From assembly GCA_031283155.1 (NCBI GenBank), contig JAITCI010000018.1:13690-77689 (forward strand): 64,000 bases of DNA, written 5' to 3'. Shown piece after piece: positions 57,533 to 64,000 of the stretch. The stretch's first letter is position 1. Each line of letters starts with the position of its first letter. A model generated the notes under the pieces. That model was not told the DNA's origin. It saw nothing but the letters and a program-made list of their open reading frames with translations, and made no database searches. Origin of the DNA: Spirochaetota bacterium (GTDB lineage: Bacteria; Spirochaetota; JAGLSM01; JAKPMW01). The translations under genes were made by a program, and so were the position numbers.

Positions 57533-58257
57533 CCATCGGGCATTTGTACCCTGATTTGCTGAACCTCTACGGCGACCGCGGCAATATCATGGCGCTGGTG
57601 CGCCGCCTGGAGTGGCGCGGGATCGGTGCGAAAATACGCGAATACCGCCTGCATGACGATATCGATTTCGCGGCGCTCGATATCGTATTCCTCGGCGGCG
57701 GCTCTGATCGCGAACAGATGCTGGTCTGCGCACGCCTCCGCGAGATCCGCAGCGCCTTCGCCGATTACGTGGAAAGCGATGGCGCGGTCATCGCGATCTG
57801 CGGCGGCTATCAGCTTTTGGGCGAATACTACCGCATGGGCGACGCGGTCATCGAGGGCTTGCGCATCCTGGACGTCCGCACCGAGAATGAGCCCGGCCGC
57901 CTCATCGGGAACGTCGTCATTCGCTCGCCCCTCTCTTCCATGCCGATAGTTGGTTTTGAGAATCACGGCGGACGGACATATATCGGCGAACACACGCCGC
58001 TTGGCCGCGTTATCACGGGCGGCGGCAATAACGGCAAAGACGGACACGAGGGCGTACAATACAAAAATGTCCTCGGCACCTATTTACATGGGCCGCTCCT
58101 GCCCAAAAATCCGGAACTCTGCGACTGGATATTGCGCGCGGCGCTTTTGCGCAAGGGCTATACATCGGAGCTTGCGCCGCTGGACGACACGATGGAGATT
58201 ACCGCGAATCGCGCGGTCGCGGAGAGGTTCGCGGGGAAGATGGCGAAGCGACCGTAG
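57523..58257 (+). CDS. gatD: Glutamine amidotransferase subunit GatD
   Basis: HLYPDLLNLYGDRGN, AICGGYQ, GFENH, TYLHGP; ATG overlaps the murT end. Confidence 0.92.
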   Translation: MEITIGHLYPDLLNLYGDRGNIMALVRRLEWRGIGAKIREYRLHDDIDFAALDIVFLGGGSDREQMLVCARLREIRSAFADYVESDGAVIAICGGYQLLGEYYRMGDAVIEGLRILDVRTENEPGRLIGNVVIRSPLSSMPIVGFENHGGRTYIGEHTPLGRVITGGGNNGKDGHEGVQYKNVLGTYLHGPLLPKNPELCDWILRAALLRKGYTSELAPLDDTMEITANRAVAERFAGKMAKRP

Positions 58258-58430
58258 GGGCTACGACAGGAAGTCGTGTCCCGCGAGCGTACATGGATGT
58301 ATGCTCTTGCGCAGGGGGAGGCGCAAATAATTCTGTTTTTTTTTGTGACAGGTATCGCACACTGAAATAACTGCGCAAAAATACATTTATAAGCAGCGCT
58401 CTGCCGCCGCAAACACGAGGTTTGCGACTG

Positions 58431-58465
58431 GCGCGCAACAGGATGTTGCGACCGGCGCGGGGACT
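58431..58465 (-). repeat. Exact 35-bp reverse-complement copy of 32551-32585
   Basis: GCGCGCAACAGGATGTTGCGACCGGCGCGGGGACT. Confidence 0.92.
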
Positions 58466-58510
58466 ACGAATTAACCTCAGATACGATCCATATTGGAAAC
58501 GTCCCGCTGG

Positions 58511-58882
58511 CTATGAACCGAGTAATATACATAAATGCGCAAGAGCTAAAGCAAACAATGAGTAAATAATTGCCTTTGAATAATATGCTGAAAAGCCATT
58601 GCTGTTATGGTTTCTGAAACCATAATGAAGAATTGCGTGTCCTATAAGGAAAATATCAATGCTCACTTTCAATATATACCCTGATTGCATACTCTCGTTA
58701 CATAAAACATAAAATGCCGCTATATACAGCGGAAAATGTATGAACAAAAATACTTTATACGCCGTCTCCTCGGACATATCTTTAAGCACAATAAACATTT
58801 TCCATTCCCTTGCCCGTATCGCATCCATCTCATGAAGCAGCAAAAGAGAAATAATGACTACAAACAATATATATTCTGTCAT
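58511..58882 (-). CDS. Small AT-rich membrane protein (DUF6713-like)
   Basis: LLLHEMDAIRAREWKMF...F.FIHFPLY; 4 hydrophobic segments. Confidence 0.65.
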   Translation of the reverse strand: MTEYILFVVIISLLLLHEMDAIRAREWKMFIVLKDMSEETAYKVFLFIHFPLYIAAFYVLCNESMQSGYILKVSIDIFLIGHAILHYGFRNHNSNGFSAYYSKAIIYSLFALALAHLCILLGS

Positions 58883-59211
58883 ATAGCTGCACCACCAATA
58901 ATCACATTACGCATATTATTCATCCGCCTGCTATAAAGATCTGATAAAATATACAAACGCTTGGCAGGGGATATTTAATAAGTATACCATGTTCTGTCAA
59001 AACACAAGGAAAGAATCTCACTTTAGAGCTATTCTTACTGGAGAAAGTTAAAACTGCACTGGAAGGGTCATATAGGAGAAGCCTTCTATGCGAAAGCGCC
59101 TGACTATGGTCTCAAGCCCATTGGGAAAATTCCCTTAGAAGGAAGTCCTGACGCGAAAGACTACCGCAATATGAAATACATAAAGCTGTAACAACAGTGC
59201 AAGGAAAACCC

Positions 59212-59718
59212 ATGACTACAACCTTAAAAATATACCCGTGCCTTGTGCTTATGGCACTTCTACTCAACTGCGGGACTAAGGCTTCCGCGCCCGCGAACTT
59301 TGGGGAGTTCCCTGCTGACTTACATATAACTCTTCCTAAAGATACACAAATATCACTAAGGGAACTTTTGAATGGCTCAAGGTTCAGAACACAGATAGCT
59401 CAAACTGGAGCACCCATAACAGTGCTTTTAGAATCATCCTCTGGAAAAGAAAAATATTTTACCACTAATTTCTCGTATTCAACAGAGGATAGCCTCACAA
59501 AAGAGACGATAAAAAAGAAAATACAAATAATCTTCTATATTGTAACTGGCCGAGAAGGAAACGAGTCCATAACTATCAGTGCAATAAGAATTGTTGATCC
59601 TAAAACTGGAGAAGAAAATTCTTTAGGAGAGCATAGCGCGGCAGCCACTATGATCAAACAAATATCACCTCTTTTCAATGATGAAACTTGCAGGGCTTTC
59701 TATAACGCAATTAACTAA
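59212..59718 (+). CDS. AT-rich hypothetical lipoprotein
   Basis: AAGGA RBS, lipobox LLNC. Confidence 0.6.
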   Translation: MTTTLKIYPCLVLMALLLNCGTKASAPANFGEFPADLHITLPKDTQISLRELLNGSRFRTQIAQTGAPITVLLESSSGKEKYFTTNFSYSTEDSLTKETIKKKIQIIFYIVTGREGNESITISAIRIVDPKTGEENSLGEHSAAATMIKQISPLFNDETCRAFYNAIN

Positions 59719-60150
59719 CTCACCCCCAAAAAGCTACACTAACCTCTCCTGCTTAATACAGAAGCCGCGCTGCGAGCATCACTTGCCTGAATTTTCGCAC
59801 CGCCCTTCGCAAAAGTAAGGAATCCCGCTTCCGCAAATTATAGAACTCCAGGCGGCGGTGACTTTCGTCAGTATAGCTCCCGTAAACATTGCTATAGGAT
59901 TACTTTCTACTACATTTCATCCTGTGCCAGGTGAAACATAAAACCGGGCGGAAAATGTTCTCTGTGGCGCTTAACGGCTTGATTCAGAGCCTTAAGCTCA
60001 GCTCTGTATAATTCCGCTCAATCACGGCCAAGCATGACTTTTGACCCGTGAATTTCGTCCCGCTCGCGTTGTGCGCGTTGCGCAGGGATTTCATGGCCAG
60101 AAATTTCTTTGCTTTTGCATATCCTGCGGAACGGCATTTTCGGAGGCTAT

Positions 60151-60214
60151 GCCCCGCACTTTTCGACATCCATGTCGGTGCGGGATGTTCCCCTTCCTGG
60201 TACACAACGTTTGG
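60151..60214 (+). repeat. Palindromic element within a repeat cluster (about 60050-60430)
   Basis: Matches 55830-55892; the cluster also holds GTGCCCTGTG, AGTCCCCGCGC and a TTCCGAAGT/ACTTCGGAA hairpin. Confidence 0.85.
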
Positions 60215-60436
60215 CACATCCGCAGTCCCCGCGCTCGCCTTGCGCGACTTGTGCCCTGTGTGTATTCGCGTCCGACATCCTTTTCCGAAGTGCGTACTCC
60301 TACTTCGGAAGGCGCGGGACGGTTGCCTTGCACGCTTCGCGCCGCATCCAGCTTCGCGACGGCAGAACGCTCCCCTTGCACTCAAGACTCGCAAACCACA
60401 AAAATGTGCAGCAACTGCTCCCCAAAAGAAAATACG

Positions 60437-61285
60437 CTACCAATTCTTTATCAGCACCTCGTCCACTTCCCCGCGTCCCGCGCCGTCAGAATTGATAGCG
60501 CGCCTGGCTTTGATGCTGACGATTTCAAACCCGCTGTACAGTTCACGTATAAATGGCGTATCCGAATTGCTTAATAAACAGCGTGCGCCGACGTTTGTCC
60601 GCGCGATAAATACGTCCCGCAGCCTGCGTTGTTCGTCATCGCCGAATCCGCCGGGCTGATAGCCTGTAAAATGGGTATTGTCCGCGCTGTGGTACGGCGG
60701 ATCAAAATATATGCACGCGCCCCGCCCCGCGTTTTTAACCGCAGCCGCAAAATCGCAGTTAAGAATTTCAATTTCAGTATTTTCGTGATTCAAATATGTA
60801 TGAATGGCGCGCAATACAGGTTCTTCGCAGATCGCCGAATTGGGGTATCGTCCATACGGAACATTAAATAATCCCTGCGAATTGACTCTGTATAAGCCAT
60901 TATAACAGGTTTTATTGAGGTACATGAGCCGCGCGGCTTTTTGGACGTCTGGAAATTGCGCATAGCTTTCGCGGCCGCGATCCTGCGCTCGTATTTGATA
61001 ATAGTATTCTTCGCTGTTATTCGTCTTATGCGTCTGAAGCGCTTCAATGAGTTCGTCAATATGTTCCCGGATGGCTTGGTAGGTAAGAATAAGCTCCGCG
61101 TTGCAATCGTTAATCACAGCTCTCTCAGGTTGGCTCGCAAGGAACAGCGCGCCGGCGCCAACGAACGGTTCAAAATAGCGCAGGCTATCAAAATTCTCGG
61201 GGAGATGCTTTTGCAGCTCCGGCAAGAGCTGCCGTTTCCCACCCGCCCATTTCAGATACGGCTTGATCAGAGGATCCCTGCGCAA
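60437..61285 (-). CDS. dam: Dam-family N6-adenine DNA methyltransferase
   Basis: KWAGGKRQL, EPFVGAGA, NKTCYNGLYRVN, YFDPPY. Confidence 0.92.
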   Translation of the reverse strand: MRRDPLIKPYLKWAGGKRQLLPELQKHLPENFDSLRYFEPFVGAGALFLASQPERAVINDCNAELILTYQAIREHIDELIEALQTHKTNNSEEYYYQIRAQDRGRESYAQFPDVQKAARLMYLNKTCYNGLYRVNSQGLFNVPYGRYPNSAICEEPVLRAIHTYLNHENTEIEILNCDFAAAVKNAGRGACIYFDPPYHSADNTHFTGYQPGGFGDDEQRRLRDVFIARTNVGARCLLSNSDTPFIRELYSGFEIVSIKARRAINSDGAGRGEVDEVLIKNW

Positions 61286-61290
61286 AACGT

Positions 61291-63165
61291 CTACTTCTCC
61301 GTCATGGTGATCGTCGCGTCCCAGTCGGGCGGCGGCGGATTTGCCTGAAACTCCGATATTCGCTCGAGATAAAGCGCGGAGAGATAATCCTCAACGCCTG
61401 TTTTTTCGAATATCGAAAGTGTTTTCTGAAAGTACTGTTTTGCGGTCTCCCATTCGCGCATCGCGTAGAGTTTTAATCCCTTGTTGTAATTATCGAGTGC
61501 CTCGTACTCAATGACCAGGATCTCCGGCATATTGTCTGCAGCTTCGCCCCGCCAGGCAGCGTAGACCGTATAGAGTCCGACCGGCTGATCCTTGCCCTTC
61601 ACACGCACACTGTCGGCCTTTCGGAATATAAAATCATTCTTTGCCGCGCCGTAGGCGTTTTCGGAAACGATGATACTCTGATGGTAATATTTCGTGATGC
61701 CCTCCAGCCTCGACGCGAGATTGACGTTATCGCCTATGACCGTGTAGTCCAGCTTGTCCTGAAAGCCAATATTCCCGACAACGCAGTCCCCGAAATTGAT
61801 CCCTATACCCGCGCCGAAGCCGCCCGGAGGCAGCGTGATGCCCGCCGTATCCACGCTGGAAATTGCCTGTACCATTTTTATGGCGGCGCGGATGGCGGAA
61901 GAGGATGCGTTTTCGAGCGTTTTCGGAGCGCCGAATATCGCCATGATCGCGTCGCCGATGAATTTATCGATATTGCCGCCCTCGCTCACAATCTCGTTGC
62001 CCATGACGGTAAAATAGATATTCAAAAAATTAACAAGCTCCTGCGCGGGCGTTTTCTCGGATATTTTTGTAAAGCTCCGTATATCCGAAAAGAGGATCGC
62101 CACATTGCGCGTCTCGCTCTGGCTGGACTGGGTTTCCGATTTTTTGATGATCTCATCCATAACGTCTATGGGAACGTAGCGCGCAAACGCGGCGCGCGTT
62201 TTCTTTTGCAATATCTCCATCTGCCGGATGCGCAAAACATTCGCGAGGATCGGCGCCGCCGCCGCAAGAAAGACGCGCAGATTTTCGGTAATCACGGGAG
62301 AGAAATATTCCTTAATGGGCGTGCCTATATGGATCGTGGCAAATTCCTCGCCGGAGCTCGCGAGCGGAATGAATATATAGGACTCCATCCTTTTGCCCTT
62401 TTTCCCGGGCGGATACAGCTCTTGTACGTCCTTTGTCTGCACCTTATAATCGGAAAAGTGCGCGTTAAAATCGGCAATCGTGATGGCGCCAAAATCTTCG
62501 GCTATCGCCTCGGTCAATCCGGCGGTATTGGCGTTATAGATAAGCAAACCGCTGTCCGCATCCTTTATAATTATGGAACATATTTCATACTGGCAGACGT
62601 TATTGAGGAGCTGTATGATCCCCGCCACTGTGTCCGGAAGCGAGCTGACCTTTGCGGACAGCTCCGCGAGCAAACCCACAAGGGTCGTCTGAAAGAGTTT
62701 ATTGTCCAGAAGGCTGTTGATCATTTCGATGAGGGAGTCGTCCGTAATCCTTCGGGCTTCCCTCTTTATCAATTCGTAATCAACAGGCGGGCTTTCCTGC
62801 AAAAGCCGCTGTATCTCGCGCGCGAGCTTCTCAAAATTTTCAGGCGCTTTTTCGACGTAACAGTCCGCGCCGGCCTGCTCGCCCCAGAATTTATCCTTCG
62901 ACTCGCCAAGTGACGTAAACATGATGATGGGGATCTTTTGCGTGGCAGGGCGCGACTTTAAGAGGCGTGTGGACTGGTACCCCTTGAAGAGCGGCATCTC
63001 GACGTCGGTGACAATGATCTCGGGGAAAAAACTGTATACCATCTTTATGCCTTCAAGGCCGTTCTCCGCGCGCGCCGTCTCATACCCCTGTTCATTCAGG
63101 AATTCCAGGAGCATATCGGCAAATATTTCCGAATCCTCAAAAATCAATACCCGTCTCTTATCCAT
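61291..63165 (-). CDS. Response regulator receiver + GAF-like + class III adenylate cyclase
   Basis: REC (IFEDS, VTDVEMP), LFSDIRSFT, DKFIGDA, DYTVIGDNVNLASRLE. Confidence 0.9.
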   Translation of the reverse strand: MDKRRVLIFEDSEIFADMLLEFLNEQGYETARAENGLEGIKMVYSFFPEIIVTDVEMPLFKGYQSTRLLKSRPATQKIPIIMFTSLGESKDKFWGEQAGADCYVEKAPENFEKLAREIQRLLQESPPVDYELIKREARRITDDSLIEMINSLLDNKLFQTTLVGLLAELSAKVSSLPDTVAGIIQLLNNVCQYEICSIIIKDADSGLLIYNANTAGLTEAIAEDFGAITIADFNAHFSDYKVQTKDVQELYPPGKKGKRMESYIFIPLASSGEEFATIHIGTPIKEYFSPVITENLRVFLAAAAPILANVLRIRQMEILQKKTRAAFARYVPIDVMDEIIKKSETQSSQSETRNVAILFSDIRSFTKISEKTPAQELVNFLNIYFTVMGNEIVSEGGNIDKFIGDAIMAIFGAPKTLENASSSAIRAAIKMVQAISSVDTAGITLPPGGFGAGIGINFGDCVVGNIGFQDKLDYTVIGDNVNLASRLEGITKYYHQSIIVSENAYGAAKNDFIFRKADSVRVKGKDQPVGLYTVYAAWRGEAADNMPEILVIEYEALDNYNKGLKLYAMREWETAKQYFQKTLSIFEKTGVEDYLSALYLERISEFQANPPPPDWDATITMTEK

Positions 63166-64000
63166 GAGCCTCTCCGATCAATTCACGAACGGCGCTTATC
63201 AGAGTATGTGTGTTAAAGGAACTCTTTATTATGTACCGGTTGGCACCCAGAGCCGCCGCCCTGTTCTGATCGCTTTCATCCATTTTGGAGGTGATAACAA
63301 TAATGGGAATATCCTTCAAAGCCTCGTTCTTGCGGATATTCTCCACAAGCATGAAGCCGTCCATATTCGGCATCACAACATCGGTACAGATGAGATCGTA
63401 ATGGAAATTTTTTGCGGCGGCAAGCGCCTCCGAGCCGTCGCAGGCCGTACCGACCTTATAGCCCTCGGCCTCAAGGATATCGCGTTCAATATCCCGCGTG
63501 GGGGCGGAATCGTCCACCACCAAAATGGATTTGCGCAGCCGCTCAAAATCGTAATCGCGTTTTTTCAGATCTATGGACCTGGTCTTCCGCGCGAGCCGTA
63601 TGACCGAGGGAATGTGCAGAGACGGGATCATCTCATAGTCTTCGGTGAGCACAACCCCTGAAAAAATTTCCATCTCTTCCATAAATTTCGGGAGAGTTTT
63701 CAGTATCACCTGCCGCATACTGCTTATGCGGCTGACCGCAAGCGCAATGGTTTCTTCATAGGCCTGCACAATCACCGCCGAGATGGCGGTATCCTCTGTT
63801 TTTTTCGCGGCGTCGGTGATTTTCAGGATATTATGCAGGTAAAAGAGCTTGATAATCTTGCCGTTGTACTGAATACATGGACGATCCACAACCGTAATTA
63901 TATCCTCTGCGTTAACGAGCATGATGGTATGCACAAAATTTGCGGGGATGATAAATTTCATGCCGCCGGACGCTATCGGAAAGCCCATCATGGAGGCCAG
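63158..64000 (-). CDS. C-terminal CheW + REC part of a CheA-like hybrid kinase (begins beyond the window)
   Basis: Frame open to base 64000; CheW-like region then ILVVDDS...CTDVVMPNMDG. Confidence 0.75.
   Translation of the reverse strand: MASMMGFPIASGGMKFIIPANFVHTIMLVNAEDIITVVDRPCIQYNGKIIKLFYLHNILKITDAAKKTEDTAISAVIVQAYEETIALAVSRISSMRQVILKTLPKFMEEMEIFSGVVLTEDYEMIPSLHIPSVIRLARKTRSIDLKKRDYDFERLRKSILVVDDSAPTRDIERDILEAEGYKVGTACDGSEALAAAKNFHYDLICTDVVMPNMDGFMLVENIRKNEALKDIPIIVITSKMDESDQNRAAALGANRYIIKSSFNTHTLISAVRELIGEAHG

Noticed and set aside
59082-59162. tRNA-like or riboswitch cloverleaf (CCTTCTA/TAGAAGG with short internal hairpins)
   Set aside because: No T-loop, D-loop or CCA consensus and no match to riboswitch cores I know; the stems are short and the region also reads as a protein fragment.
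52604-60430. Classical integron
   Set aside because: No RYYYAAC...GTTRRRY attC cores at gene ends, genes lie on both strands, and the only tyrosine recombinase is a housekeeping-type XerD.
1-64000. rRNA, tRNA, IS transposase, prophage or group II intron
   Set aside because: No conserved RNA signatures, transposase, phage structural or reverse transcriptase motifs were recognised.

Overview
GC-rich bacterial chromosomal segment, most likely from a spirochaete. This is inference from spirochaetal-type lipoprotein signals, a long FliD, class III adenylate cyclases paired with FecR and chemosensory genes, and ftsL directly followed by murE. The backbone is: FecR + adenylate cyclase, LysM/M23 peptidase, an mlaEFD-like operon, lnt-xerD-ribBA-ribE, an ECF sigma factor, a pstSCAB-phoU operon, prfA-prmC, rplU-prp-rpmA, fliD, a reduced dcw cluster (mraZ-rsmH-ftsL-murE-murF-mraY-murD-ftsW-murG-ddl-ftsA-ftsZ), dam and the end of a chemosensory cluster whose output is a REC-adenylate cyclase. 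Accessory block 1 (about 20-32.6 kb) holds a 10-repeat PPC-like surface lipoprotein, a methyltransferase, a double-domain deaminase, an NTPase and an atypical three-gene restriction-modification-like locus (T5orf172/GIY-YIG-SF2 helicase, Eco57I-type MTase, truncated MTase). Accessory block 2 (about 52.6-60.4 kb) holds an AT-rich HNH-ParB/DGQH fusion gene between 118-bp direct repeats, hicAB, Firmicutes-type murT-gatD and AT-rich ORFs. The most striking unannotated structure is a family of modular palindromic elements with compensatory base changes. They separate the accessory genes like a cassette array, abut the -35 boxes of both dcw promoters, and sit in frame inside prmC and murT. No rRNA, tRNA, CRISPR array, transposase or integron integrase was seen.
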